Assembly: GCF_006345805.1 (NCBI RefSeq)
Contig: NC_043008.1
Location: 36,208,001 to 36,272,000, forward strand
Source: Octopus sinensis
Lineage: Eukaryota
Length of the DNA stretch: 64,000 nucleotides
Direction: 5' to 3'
Below are positions 1 through 13,522 of the stretch, piece after piece. Below the pieces are notes generated by a model. That model had not been told where the DNA came from. It made no database searches and was given only the letters and a program-made list of their open reading frames with translations. The translations under genes were made by a program, and so were the position numbers. Within the stretch, counting starts at the first letter, position 1. Each line of letters opens with the position of its first letter.

Positions 1-128
1 CATGACAGACAGTGTGGCGGGTTGAGGTGGGTGGGAAAGAGGAATGCAGCTTGGTTGTAAAAAATAATGTTGGAGATGAGAAGTAGGGGGAGAGAGGATA
101 GAAGCAGAGAGTAGTGGGAGGGCACAGG

Positions 129-281
129 CTAATGACAATGGTCATAGTGATAATCCCATTGTGATGACACCGACAGTGATGACGATGATGATGATGATGA
201 TGATGATGACGATGATGATGATGATGATGATGATAATGATGACAATGATGATGATGATGATGACGACGACGACAATGATGA

Positions 282-315
<34 letters not shown>

Positions 316-472
316 CGATGATGATGATCATGATGACAATGATGATGATGATGATGACGACGACGACAATGATGATGATGATGATGATGATGATGATGCC
401 GATAGTGGTGGTAGCAGTGTCGATGATAATGATGATGATGATGGGAATCATGGAGATAATATATTGCCAATA

Positions 473-520
<48 letters not shown>

Positions 521-870
521 AAGGTGGTGCCGATGATGACACTGACAACATGTCGGACAGTGACCCACAGCAACAATAACAATGGAGACAGAGAGCACTG
601 AAGATGACACTGCCGATGATAATGATGGTAATGACAATGGATGATGATGAAGATGGTGATGGTGATGATGAGGATGATGAGGATGTTGATGATGATGATG
701 GTGATGATGATGATGATGATGGTGATGGTGACGATGATGGTGATGGTGACAATGATATTGATGGTGCTGCTGATGATGTTGATAATGATGTGGGTGTTGC
801 TGATGTATTGATAACAACAATGATGGTGAGGAGGAGGAGGAGGAGGAGGAGGAGGAGGAGGAGGGGGGGG
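129..870. repeat. Compound trinucleotide low-complexity block (GAT)n/(GAC)n/(GCT)n/(GAG)n
   Basis: Directly visible. It generates poly-D/M/S/H ORFs in several frames. Confidence 0.95.
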
Positions 871-1705
871 TAAATAGTGACAACAGCGACAACGAAAGTA
901 AAGCATTACATTTATTCATTTGTTTTGCCAAGTAAATAAATACACACACACCCCTCCCCCATGTATATACACACATATATATATACATATGTATATACAT
1001 GTGTGTGTATGTGTGTGCATGTGTGTGTGTGCACATGCCTGTGTATGTATGTATGTGTATGTGTGTGTGTGTGTTGTGTGTGTGTGTGTGTGTGTGCACA
1101 TGCCTGTGTGTGTGTGTGTGTTTACATTTCTGTACACACTTTGTTTAGTCTATTTTGTTTATCAGACAGTCTGTCTGCCAGTCTGCCAGCCTGCCAGCCC
1201 GCCTGTCTGTCAGTCTGTCAGTCTGTCAGTCTACCTGTCTGGTGGTATTTTGTTGGTAGTGCCAAGAAAACATGTAGAAATCCTTAAATTCTCTTTGGCT
1301 TTGCATTGTCATGAAACCAATATTGGCATTTAAAGACTTGGGCTGGCAGCTTCCAACCCAACAGGTTTCTTATTACATTCTTCTTTACTCTCCTTATCTC
1401 CTCTCTTGTTCTTTTATATAATTCATCTGTGTTATCGTTCTTGTGGTTGTTGCTGTTGCTGTTGTAGTTGTTGATGCCATTGTTCTGATTTCTTTTTATA
1501 TTCATCTTTGGTTTTATTTTATGATTCTTTCGTTTATATTCTTGATTCTTTTATTCCTCATCCATTTTGCATTCCATTTTTCCTTCTCCATCTCTCTTTC
1601 TTTACTTTCATTTGTTAGATCTTGTTATTTCACATGCATACGTGGTGTTTTAAGCAAATTCATGTATGCATGTACACATAAGCTCACACCTATATGTATA
1701 TATAT

Positions 1706-1740
<35 letters not shown>

Positions 1741-1760
1741 GATATATATATATATTGTGT

Positions 1761-1791
<31 letters not shown>

Positions 1792-1809
1792 TGTGTGGTG
1801 TGTGTGTGT

Positions 1810-2395
1810 GGAGGTGTAATGGCCCAGTGGTTAGAGCAGCGGCGTCGCAGTTGTAGGATCGCGGTTTCAATCCCAGACCGGGCGTTGTGAGTGTTTATTG
1901 AGCGAAAACACCTAAAGCTTCACGAGGCTCCGGCAGGGAGTGGTGGTGATTCCTGCTGTACTTTTTTGCCACAACTTTCTCTCACTCTTTCTTCTGTTGG
2001 CCTGCTCGCTTAGCCAGCAGGGTGGCGTCATTTGAAGGCTAAAACAATATACAATGTATGCATATATGTGTGTGTGTGTGTGCGCATGTGTGTGGAGGTG
2101 CAATGGCCCAGTGGTTAGGGCAGTGGACTCGCAGTTGTAGGATCGCGGTTTCAATTCCCAGACCGGGCGTTGTGAGTGTTTATTGAGCGAAAACACCCTA
2201 AAGCTCCACGAGGCTCCAGCAGGGGGTGGTGGTGATCCCTGCTGTACTCTTTCACCACAACTTTCTCTCACTCTTTCTTCTGTTGGCCTGCTCACTTAGC
2301 CAGCAGGGTGGCATCATTTGAAGGCTAAAACAATGTGAAGCGCATTGTGACCAGTGATGTGTAGCAACATCTGATAGCCTGGTCGGTCACGGTGA
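1810..2395 (+). mobile_element. Two head-to-tail copies of a tRNA-derived SINE (1810-2048 truncated; 2094-2395 full)
   Basis: A-box TGGCCCAGTGG and B-box GGTTTCAAT(C/T)CC, with a shared body. A third copy lies at 17881-18180 on the - strand. Confidence 0.85.
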
Positions 2396-3016
2396 TATAT
2401 ATATCTAAACTTACTTGGAAATGGATGCGCAGTGTTCAATTAAATAAAAAATAGTAAATAATATATAGTATGTTGTCTAGGAGATATCTTATGGTAGAGG
2501 AATAGTATTTAACTGCTATTTCTAAATTTCGGTATGTGGTGAAGCAATTTGCTGAACCTTAATTATAATTATTCTTATAATTATAAAATTTTTGTATATG
2601 TATGTATATATATATACATATATATATATTGTTATATTTCGGAATGGTCATTTTGCCAGTTTAGCCAATAAAAACACACGCACTATATATTTGGTGTTAT
2701 TTTGCTTCAGTGTTATTATTTTTACATTAATCTTAATCTTATTTCGGCCAGAGTTCTTTCGTCACACTCCTGTGACAGCATCAGTGGTCCTTTGTTTTTC
2801 TTTCTTATTTGTGTCTCTCCTTACTAACCGTCAGCCATTTTGTATTTCTATTGTATGTCCTCATTGTGTCATGCTTATATCTCTATGTGCGTTTATGTTT
2901 ATTTAGTGTGTGTATGTGGGGGGATGCCTGTAATATTTGTATCTTCTGTTTATATGACGATAGAGGATCCTGAAAACATAATAAATACACAGATAAATAA
3001 ACTAATAGAAAAATAA

Positions 3017-3050
<34 letters not shown>

Positions 3051-3096
3051 GAAAATATATAATATATATATATATATATATAATATTATATATATA

Positions 3097-3146
<50 letters not shown>

Positions 3147-3816
3147 TTCATAAATTTATTAAAATTTTTTTCGATTCAATTTATTATTATTATTACTAGT
3201 ATTGTTGTTATACATACAAGCATATGTAATGATAATAATAAGTGGATGTAAACACATGAACAAAATAAGAATAAACAAAAACAACAAAAACAAAATACAA
3301 ATTACATGAACATATATAAACAGAAGATACAAATATTACAGGCATCCCCCCACATACACACACTAAATAAACATAAACGCACATAGAGATATAAGCATGC
3401 GCAAATGAAGACATACAATAGAAATACAAAGGAAATCGAATGAAAACAAACATGGTGGGTCATTAGCCCAAAACAAGAGGAAAATAGTGAATGCTGTGAG
3501 AAATATTTTTTTGAAACGAGAAAAGATAGAAGAAAGAGAAAAAACGTCTGCTCTTTTGAACGTCCTTGGAAGAAAAGAAAGATGGATGATGGTCATGTGT
3601 GAGCAACGAGAGAGAGATAGAGGGAAAAAGAGAAAGAACGGGAAGAGAGAGAGAGAGAGAGAGATAAAAACAGTGAAGGAGAAAGGGGGAGAAAAAGGGA
3701 ATTAGAGAAGGACAGAGGAAGAAAACAGTACAGAGAAGAGAGTCGCATCAAAAAGGTGAAGATAAACTTACTTGGAACTGGATGCGTGGCGTTCTATTAA
3801 ATAATAAATAGTAAAA

Positions 3817-3856
<40 letters not shown>

Positions 3857-4575
3857 GCATATATGGTACAGGATATCACCAATGGTTCAAACATCATGAA
3901 ATATGTAAACAAACAACAATATGTGTCTGTATGGAGAGCTTTTGTTATTTAGAAACCTTACTGTTTCTTTTTCTTTAAAATTCTTGTTTCTTTATCACAA
4001 TTAAAAAGCATTTCAGAATCGTTTACTTTTAAGGGGAAAAAACAAAACTGATGTAATTTCCTGACAGCCAAATTTGGTGCAGATTGGTTCAGCGGTTTAG
4101 CCATGCATAGAGGCAACACACACATACACACACGCACACACACACACACACACAGAGTAAGAATAAGAGTGAAACAACAAGAATGAAACTATTATACCAC
4201 AGAAAAAAATTGAAATGGTCGTATGGGGAGAGGTTACAGCTCACTATATGAATAAGGGCCAAAATTTGATCCCCCTACAACCTTCCCCAAGTAATGAAAA
4301 ACCTTCATGCCAAATTTGGTACAGATTGATCCAGCGGGTTGTGTGTGTCTCCGTGTTTTGATATTGCGTTATAGTTTTAAGTGAGAGTCACCATCATCCA
4401 AGCAGTGTTATTCATTTTCAGGTTTCTATGAAAGCATGTTCACCCAAGTGGAAATATTACCTTACTTGGAATCAGGAGATTCTACAATTATAGAAAATCC
4501 ACCTCAGCAAATTATGTCTCTTCCCTGGCAAAATGATCATTAAAACAGTGATAATGAATATATATATATACATAC

Positions 4576-4616
<41 letters not shown>

Positions 4617-5319
4617 GATGGTTTAAAAGGTTTGAAAATGCAATTTTAAAGATGTTTATTCACTTGACCAGTTTCACTATGTGTACACATATACACACAC
4701 CATCCTCCCAAATATAAAGCACATACAGACCCATATATACATGCCACAGTAAACCCTGGGACCAATAAAAAACAGCCCCCACACACAAACATATGTATAC
4801 ACACACACACACACACACACATTGAGACGTGCACAGAGATACACACACTCAGAACATTCTGACCTCTAAGACCAGTCCCAAAAACCACTGAGCCATGACA
4901 GACTAGCCCAGAAACAAAAAAATCCTTTTAATTCCACATTGCTCTTCCTCCCCCCCCCCAACCAACCTCCCACACTGTTCCTTAAATTTTTTTGTAAATT
5001 CTTAAATATATCTCCTTCTGTGTATATATATATATACTACCAAACAAACATGATTTTTTATTGAACTCCTAATACTTTTTGTTGAATACTTTCTTGTAAA
5101 CTGTTTTTTACATTTTCTTATTATCAAAGAATGTATATATGTATTTTTATACTTTTGTGACAACCAGTTCTTCAGTCAAGTGAATAAACATCTTTAAAAT
5201 TGCATTTTCAAACTTTCTTCCATATACATTTCCACTCATGCGGTATCTTACAATTTTATTTCGTTATGTATATATATATATATATATACATACACACATA
5301 CACACACACACTCACACAC

Positions 5320-5350
<31 letters not shown>

Positions 5351-5519
5351 CAGACACACACACACACAAACATATATATATATATATATATATATATAGG
5401 CATGGGCATAGCTGTGTGGTTAAGAAGTTTGGTTCCTAGCACCGTGATCTTTAGTTCAGTCCCACAATGGGACAACTCGGACAATTATCTTTCAGTTTAA
5501 CTCTGAGTCAACCAAATCC

Positions 5520-5900
5520 TTCTCTCTGCTAAAATTCAACATTGTGATCAGTGTAAATAAATCTCTTAGTAATACAATAACTTCATTTTCACACATAAAC
5601 ATTCAGATAGAAAATGACACAAGCATCATATTCATTGGCACCCATGACACAATACTTACATAGACACCAATTGTTCAGAGATAGGCAAAATATCAGTCGT
5701 GAAATCCCTACTTAGAAGAGCATTTAGATTCTCTTCCATGAAAGAAACACTTGATAATGATATTTATTGAATAGGCCAAACACTAATCAACAATAGGAAT
5801 TCAAAATAATAGACAAAACAAAATAATAGACAAAGCCATTATGCTACACAAATACACTGCAAAAAAACAACACATCAAAATACAAAACCTATTCACAAAA
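5520..5900 (+). mobile_element. Penelope-like element RT thumb remnant (degenerate)
   Basis: Translates to ...IGKISVVKSLLRRAFRFSS...IGQTLINN with stops, resembling the PLE C-terminal RT segment. Confidence 0.55.
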
Positions 5901-6594
5901 ATCTTCAAAGATGCAGATATAGTTGTATGGTAAGGAATTTGCTTCCCAACCACTTGGTTCCAGGTTCAGTCCCACTGTATGGCACCTTGCGGAAAATGGC
6001 TTCTATTACTGCCCTAGGTTGACCCAAGTATTGTGAGTAGATTTTGTTGACAGAAAGTAAAAGAAGGCTGTTGTATATATATATATATATATATATATGT
6101 AAGGGGAAAGTAAGAAGAAAAATAAGTGAAAATGCACATTGGAAATATATATATATATACATATAAAAGTAAATAAATGGTACAACGAAGTACCGATATT
6201 TACTGGAAAATAGCGATCGTAATAAATACGACGCTATTGTATAGCTTTACTGTGTATGTACTAGTAAAGACGTGTGTGTGTAACAAACATGAAAAAAATT
6301 TGTCTTACCTCTAGGAAGAACATCTGAAAAATGAAAAACCTAGAAACGGATAATGCAGTACTGGTTTCAGACTCTTCAAATACGTTTGCCAACGTAGATT
6401 TGATTAGTCTTCATCAGCTGCATGTACCTCGACAAAATTTCAAATGTTGCCACATCTATGCCAGTACACTCGTCTGAACGCCAAAACGTTAACAGAACAA
6501 GAACAGTGAAGAAGTTTCAATGAAAATAGTAATGCAATACGAAAGTATTGCTTTCCAGTAAAAGATAGCCCGTAAGGGTAAAATTATACATATA

Positions 6595-6742
6595 TCATCA
6601 TCATCATCATCATCATCGTTTAGCGTCCCTTTTCCATGCTAGCATGGGTTGGACGGTTCTACTGGGGTCTGTGAAGCCAGAAGGCTTCATCAGGCCCAGT
6701 CAAATCTGGCAGTGTTTCTACGGCTGGATGCCCTTCCTAACA
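6595..6742 (-). mobile_element. RTE-associated short element / RTE 3' end ending in (GAT)n
   Basis: Nearly identical to 30213-30355. Other family members lie at about 13755-13985, 22670-22865, 29300-29500, 29990-30190, 47490-47700, 47880-48195, 49000-49160, 51290-51485, 59395-59620, 60615-60860 and 62295-62470. Confidence 0.8.
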
Positions 6743-6754
6743 TGTATATATACG

Positions 6755-6812
<58 letters not shown>

Positions 6813-7822
6813 CCAGAGTAAACACATAAATGTGAAACAAGGTGGAAAAAAGAGTACTCAAATTCCAGGGGTAGAGTAATATGCTTTATTTAAAAGCAGC
6901 AGAAATTCAACAAAACCTGTAGACAGTATATATATATATAGTTTTATTGGCATGTAAATCTATGTGCAAGTGTGTGTTTGTGTGTGTATGTAAATATGAA
7001 TGTATGTGTGTGGGCGTGCCTGCCATGTTTGGCTAGAAATGGACCTTATGGAAGTACAATACTAATTGTCAAGTGTCTACAAATAATTACAGACACACAG
7101 GCAAGCACACACACATGCACACACACATACACACACACACACAATACTTTTTATCACGAAGAACCATCAAGTGTTATACATGCTTACATGCAGATACACA
7201 CATACACACACACACTGACACACACATACACATACACAAATACACTCTCAATCACATACTCACACACATACCAATATGTACATAAACACTTACATGTAAA
7301 AAACAAAAAAAAAAAAAACTATCTACATAAATTTCAACAAATGCTTTGTGCTTGACAACCCGTCACAAATCCATAACTGAAATCTCACAATAGCCATCGC
7401 TTGGTGTTCCTTAATGGGCACATAACTCTGTTTGCTTCAGTATGCTTGACTGATCAAAACACACGCGCACACTCTATATTCCTACTTCACAGCTGTCCAT
7501 GTCTTTTGATATATTACAGTAGGAAAGATGTATAGCTACACAAAAACAATTGCTCTACCTCATCAACCAGCTGATTTATTCAAGCATAGAAAATGAATGT
7601 AAAATAACAACTCCCTTCTATGTATCTCCCAGTTTGTTTCATGTATCCCATATAGGAATAAAACAGTTTCTATAGTTACAGTAAAGAAGGCCAATCTTGA
7701 GAGATTGTTGTACTAAATAAAAGTTACACTTTGTGTGAGAGAAATTTTTGCCTTATCCAAGAAGAAAAGACATGGTTCTTTCTTTGTCCTAGAGTCTACA
7801 AGAGCTTCTTTTGGATATATAG

Positions 7823-7860
<38 letters not shown>

Positions 7861-7998
7861 ACATACATACATGCATATATATGTATATATATATATATAT
7901 AATTTCAACAATTGAGGGCAAAATTAATTAATTATTAATCAATTTCACCAAGTGTTCAGTATGCAAAGGGACCATTCAAGGCGAATTCAAATTATTAC

Positions 7999-8293
7999 AT
8001 TATATAAAAGGGCTTAGTAAAATAAATTACTTTGCCGCATACTGAACTCATTAGAAATAGCAGCTAAAAAACTTTTTTAAGGCTATTTCTAATACTTAAA
8101 GAAAATCTCTCTCATATATAGTGTTTGCTTAATTCAACTCACAAACTTTTGTGAGTTGAATTAAGCAAACACTATATATGAGAGAGATTTTCTTTAAGTA
8201 TTAGAAATAGCCTTAAAAAGTTTTTTAGCTGCTATTTCTAATGAGTTCAGTATGCGGCAAAGTAATTTATTTTACTAAGCCCTTTTATATAAT
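7999..8293. repeat. Near-perfect ~295-bp palindrome (arms ~147 bp, 2-nt loop)
   Basis: Centre ...ttcaactcacaaa-ct-tttgtgagttgaa...; the arms match as reverse complements except for about one homopolymer indel. Confidence 0.95.
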
Positions 8294-8300
8294 ATATATA

Positions 8301-8341
<41 letters not shown>

Positions 8342-8419
8342 GCCTCATACACACATATAAGCACCCCTTACACACATACATATATGTACAAACACGGAAC
8401 ACACACACACACATGAAGG

Positions 8420-8645
8420 TGGTGAGCTGGCAGAAACGTTAGCACACCGGGTGAAATGCTGCTGGTATTTCATCTGCTGTTTCATTCTGAGTTCAAATTC
8501 CGCCGAGGTCGACTTTTCCTTTCATCCTTTCGGGGTCGATAAATTAAGTACCATTTATGCACTGGGGTCGATGTAATCGACTTAATCCCTTTGTCTGTCC
8601 TTGTTTGTCTCCTCCAAGTTTAGCCCCTTGTGGGCAATAAAGAAC
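8420..8645 (+). mobile_element. tRNA-derived SINE with central GAGGTCGACTTTGCCTTTCATCCTTTCGGGGTCGATAAA domain (Nin-domain-like)
   Basis: Recurrent family with copies at about 14215-14435 (-), 19000-19150, 20440-20620, 30860-31295 (-, split), 41945-42160, 43760-43930 and 57870-58035. The domain name is from memory. Confidence 0.75.
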
Positions 8646-9902
8646 ACACACACACACATCAACTTCATACACACACATCAACTTCATACACACACATCAA
8701 CTTCATACACACACATCCAACAGCTCCACATAAACATACCAACTGAAAACAGGGACATGCACACTACAACCGTTTTAAAAGCACATTGGACACATCTTAC
8801 ATAATATTACAAATGTTTTGCAGATGTTTGGTGTGCTTTTTCATCAGGTACATACAAATGTTTAATTGAAGATAGCCTGTTGGAATAGAGAATGTAAAAG
8901 AAAAAGGCCAGGTTAGCAGAAAGAAAGAAAAAAATTAGAAATGGAGATTGGAACCGGTAAAGAACCAATGGCATGCCCTACTCATTGATCACCTTAGTGA
9001 GACAGACAGGAGTGTGGTTTCATTTTTGAATTGTATAACACCTGTCATCTGATGAATATATTTGAAATACAAGACAGTATAACGGATTTTACATATGAAT
9101 ATTATGGATTATTGCAGAAGACTAACCAAGGAAGTATATATGGATTTAAAGACTCTCATCAAAAGCAGTAATTTTAAATTTTTAATTTATCTTTCAAACA
9201 AACACCATTTTATAATATTACTTCAAATTTATATAAAAAAAACAAAAAAACTACCATTCGATATGTTATACAAAATTCAAATTTTATATCTCTGAAGAGC
9301 AGAAGAGTTGTCTATAAATGCTTATCAATATAGGATTTCATTATAGGGACAACACTTCTGGGAAACGATTGTAAGATGCTTTAAATACTTCATTCAAAAC
9401 TTTTAAACTGTCATATACATTATATATTTATACTTATACATATTTACATATATTTTTATACAAATTTATATTTATTTATTTATATATTTTTATACAACAA
9501 TTATGTTTCACACTTGTATATCTTTCTGAGGAGTTTTCTGATATTGATTTCCTAATATTAATGATAATATATTATTAAAAAAAAATATATATGTATATAT
9601 ATATATGTATGTATGTATATATATATATGTATATAGATGTGCGTGTGCATGTGTGTGTGTGTGTGTGTGTTTGTATTCGCACCATTGTTGTGTTTACGTC
9701 CCCGTAAATTAGCCATTTGGCAGAACACTCTGATACAATAAGTGCTAGGCTTACAAAGAGTAAATCCTGGGGGTCGATTTCTTCGACTAGGGGCAGTTCT
9801 CCAGCATGTCTGCAGTCACATGACTGAAACAAGTAAAACAATAAAAAATTATGACATTTTAATCCTGAGCAATGCCTGGTATCTCTGCTAGTATATATAT
9901 AT

Positions 9903-9968
<66 letters not shown>

Positions 9969-10309
9969 AAGAGAGAGAGAGAGAGTGAGAGAGAGACCAA
10001 AGTGTATGTACACAGCTATATATATATAAAAAAATGCAAAATGGGACAAGAATGTAAAACATCCAGACAGTTTGGTGATACAAGAAAGAGACAACAAAAC
10101 ATCCAGATAGACGATACAAAGAAAACAAGGACAGGTCATTTGGAGTTTTCTTTCCTCAGTCGAGTTCCAGATTATCTTCGCAATTTCGGCTGGTTATACT
10201 CAAAATTGCTCCAATCTGGCCAGCCCAAGGAAAAACGAAGTTAAGAGCATTAGATTCCTTGGAAGAAAGCAGCGAATATATATATATATCATCATCATCA
10301 TCATCATCA

Positions 10310-10340
<31 letters not shown>

Positions 10341-10389
10341 GTACCCCACCCCCAGACACAGCAACTTGCTTCTGTTTAAGTATCAGAAT

Positions 10390-12400
10390 GATGTACAAAG
10401 CCTGACTTTCCATTCTAAGAGATCCTGTTCCATTATATGCAATGACAGTGATGTCCACTTTCTAGCTGAGGACTTCAATGATCATGTTGGGAAACATTAG
10501 TATTTGACCCACGGAATCACATAAAAGCACATGGAGGTCATTGCTGTGGCTTAGGATGTGAAGAAGGGGTTCTTGGATTGTTTATGATAGAAATTTAAGA
10601 AAATCAGACAGCTGGTTACCTGCTATTCCAGATGTGATGAGGGCAAGAGGAATTTTATTCTTGACCATAAAAAGAGTCTGGTCAATGATTATAAACATTA
10701 AGTCATTAGCAAAAATTTATAATAGGCATAGGAGTGGCTGTGGTAAGTTGCTTGCTTACAAAGCACATGGTTCCAAGTTCAGTCCCACTGCATGGCACCT
10801 TGGGCAAGTGTCCTCTACTATAGCCTTGAGCCTTGTGAGTGGATTTGGTAGATGGAAACTGAAAGAAGCCCATCGTATATATGTATATGTATGTTTGTGT
10901 GTATATGTTTGTATATCTGTCTTTGTCCTCCCAACATAGCTTGACAACCGATGCTGGTATGTTTAGCTCCTCGTAGCTTAGTGGTTCAGCAAAAGAGACC
11001 GATAGAATAAGTACTAGGCTTACAAAGAATAAATTATTCTGGGGTTGATTTTCTTGACTAAAGGTGGTGCTCCAGCATGGCCACAGTCAAATGACTGAAA
11101 CAAGTAAAAGAGTAAAAGAGAAAAGAGAGTAAATTAATGAGAATCAAGTTGAAAATAAGAAAGTTGAAAAACAAATAAGGAATAAAAGAGAAGTTGAAAT
11201 ATTCCTATGTGAGGTAAAGTTTTTATTCAGTATTGAGATACTTATATATATAGAGAAATTAGGAAGTTAAAAGTACAAGACAGAAACATAGGTGGATGCT
11301 TATAATGAATCATATACTCTGAATACTTTTGAATAATTCTGTAGTTGGAGCACTGTCAATCAATGCATGACAAGTAATGCTTTAGGCCACAAAGGCTAAA
11401 TGACAGACCTGACAGGCACAAAAAAAAAAAGGTTTTAGCTGGGTAAAATGTTAAGAAGTTAGATGGGGTAAAAGATGATAGATTTATGTTATCAGGTAAG
11501 AGGCTGTGAGTTAAATGTAAGCTAATGTTCTGTGTTGGAAGCGTGACAAGAATGTTGCATTCTTAATTGCAGTTCATTTTGTTTAGATTTATCAGGATGT
11601 CTTTGAGGGAAAAGTGTAACCAAAACAAAACTTTCCCTCAATAACAGGGGAAAGAAAGAGGTACGGATGTGTCACAATGAAACGATGTTTAATGAGAAAT
11701 ATGAAAGTGATAGCGAACAATTAATATGAGCAGTGCCAATGTAAGAGACACCTTGAGAGATTGCAAAGTATGAAGTAAACGGTGTCAGGAAAACAATTTG
11801 CAAGTCTATCAGGGATAGCTGTGAAGATACTAAGAATATATTAAAGGTATGCTTGTTACTTAGTTAATCAGATTATGCGAGAATGTGTTAGTCATCATGA
11901 CTGGTGTAGCAAAATCAATCTAAATTGCCAAGATAGACAAAGTACAGAGGCTGAAAGCTGCTGGAACGTGTAATGAAATTAGTTGGAAGCATTATAGGGA
12001 AGTTAATACAAAATAGAATTTATTTGATTAAGATACCATTTTGGTTTGTACCAATATGCTATATTTCTTATGTACTAATGGCAAAGAAGTTCTTGGTTAA
12101 GAATATACCACTCTATTTTGCATTTTACGACCTAAAGAAAGCCTTTGACTGGATTGCATATTCTGTAGTGTGAAAGGTGCTGGGAAAATTTTGGGATAAA
12201 CGAACGACTCCTGAGGGCAATTGAAGTTATGTACAAATGGTATACAAGCAACCCAATGGCTAACAGGGATTTCAATGATGACTGGGCCATACAGGGAAGT
12301 ATCCATTATTTTCCTGTTCTCAGCCCACTTTTATCTAATCTATGTCTTCAGACAGTAATGGTAGGTAGGCCCATTACTGGTTGTCCTTTATAATTTTATA
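10390..12400 (+). mobile_element. Highly degenerate RTE-clade LINE (APE and RT remnants) interrupted by a SINE
   Basis: DVHFLAEDFNDHVGK resembles the APE GDFNGHVG motif; FGFVP...KKFLVKNIPLYFAFYDLKKAFD resembles the RT FVDLEKAFD motif; many stops. Confidence 0.7.
10725..11125 (+). mobile_element. Abundant tRNA-derived SINE with CORE-like CCTTGGGCAAGTG motif and 3' ...CTGAAACAAGTAAAAGAG tail
   Basis: Full copies here, at 25915-26350 (+) and at about 15150-15640 (-). Many partial copies (about 5400, 5915, 9660, 13480, 19575, 20140, 20980, 25148, 26780, 31320, 33460, 39410, 59890, 60290, 61120, 61505). Confidence 0.85.
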
Positions 12401-12404
12401 GTGA

Positions 12405-12712
12405 AAATGCTTGGTTTAGTGGTTAAGGTATTCAGCTCCCAATTGTAAGGTTATAAGTTCAATTACTGGTGGTGTTTTGTGATCTTGAGCAAGACGCCTT
12501 ATTTCCCTTTGCTCCATTTTACTCAGCTGACAAAAATGAGTTGTACCTGTAATTTAAAGGGGCCAGCCTTGTCACATTTTGTTTGTGTCATGCTAAATCT
12601 CCCTGAGAACTACGTTAGGGTATGTATGCCTGTGGAGTACTCAGCCACAGGCTGTTCTATTGATCAGATCAATTGGAATCCCTATCATCGTAATCAACAG
12701 AGTGCCACTTAA
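12405..12712 (+). mobile_element. Third tRNA-derived SINE family (CCTTGAGCAAG core)
   Basis: Similar copies at 27205-27530 (-) and 36705-37030 (+); tRNA-like head with A and B boxes. Confidence 0.75.
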
Positions 12713-13480
12713 GAAATAACTTTAAATGCTGGGAACTTGACAGAATCGGGAGCATTGAACAAAATGTCTGGCAGCTTCTTTTTTCCACACTTTTCCTCTG
12801 AGTTCAAAACCTACCTTGATCAACTTTGCTTTTAACACCTTTTCAAGGTAAATAAATTAAAGTGTCAGCCCAACTAGGATGGTGGATGGATGGAATCATT
12901 CAAGTGTTAGACAAAATACCTGGCAAAATTTGTTCTACTTCTTTCTATTCTGATTGTCTTGGCAGATATGGCAAATTCACCTGTATCTAAGTAACAGACC
13001 GTTTTTTTTGTAAGTGGGAAATATTCAAAGAATGGTAACATAAACCATTTTGTATTCTTCATCCATAAAAATTCCATGACAAGTTCACAGCCTTTGTTAA
13101 GGTAGTCATTAGGAATTGTTCATTGAACTGGAGGTGTAGTGAAGAAAGGACTTGGTTCTTATGTGAAATTGTAGAAATGACCCTCAAAAACTGTTGAAGA
13201 ATTGTAGAACCCAGACCCATTGCCCACAGCGCTCATGGCCAACCTCCATCACTTTTGACATTCTGCATGGTACACAATTCATGTTGAACAATCTTCCATG
13301 CAGTCTGCTGCTATGGCTACCACCATGACCACCAAATCTATGACAACGATGATGAAGAGGATGAACACCACCACCACCACCACCATCATTGTTGTTATCC
13401 TCATCATCTTCATCATTATCATTATCATTGCTTAAACATCTTGCTTTCACTATATCTATGTGTGCGTTTGTTTATTTGTT

Positions 13481-13522
<42 letters not shown>

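Noticed and set aside
129-1333. Long poly-D/M/S/H/P and CV/HT-rich ORFs
   Set aside because: They are translations of (GAT)n, (GCT)n, (GAG)n and (TG)n repeats, open in several frames on both strands, with no splice or homology support.
1284-1505. Minus-strand ORF ending ...NLLGWKLPAQVFKCQYWFHDNAKPKRI
   Set aside because: Protein-like but no recognisable family, no pyrimidine-rich acceptor or donor, and the N-terminus comes from a trinucleotide repeat.
1810-1885. tRNA gene candidates (A/B boxes) here and at other SINE heads
   Set aside because: They continue into shared SINE bodies, lack a complete acceptor stem, and are diverged among copies.
2950-2990. Possible hammerhead (atgacga...aggatcct gaaa)
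   Set aside because: The core lacks C3 and there is no convincing helix III or cleavage triplet.
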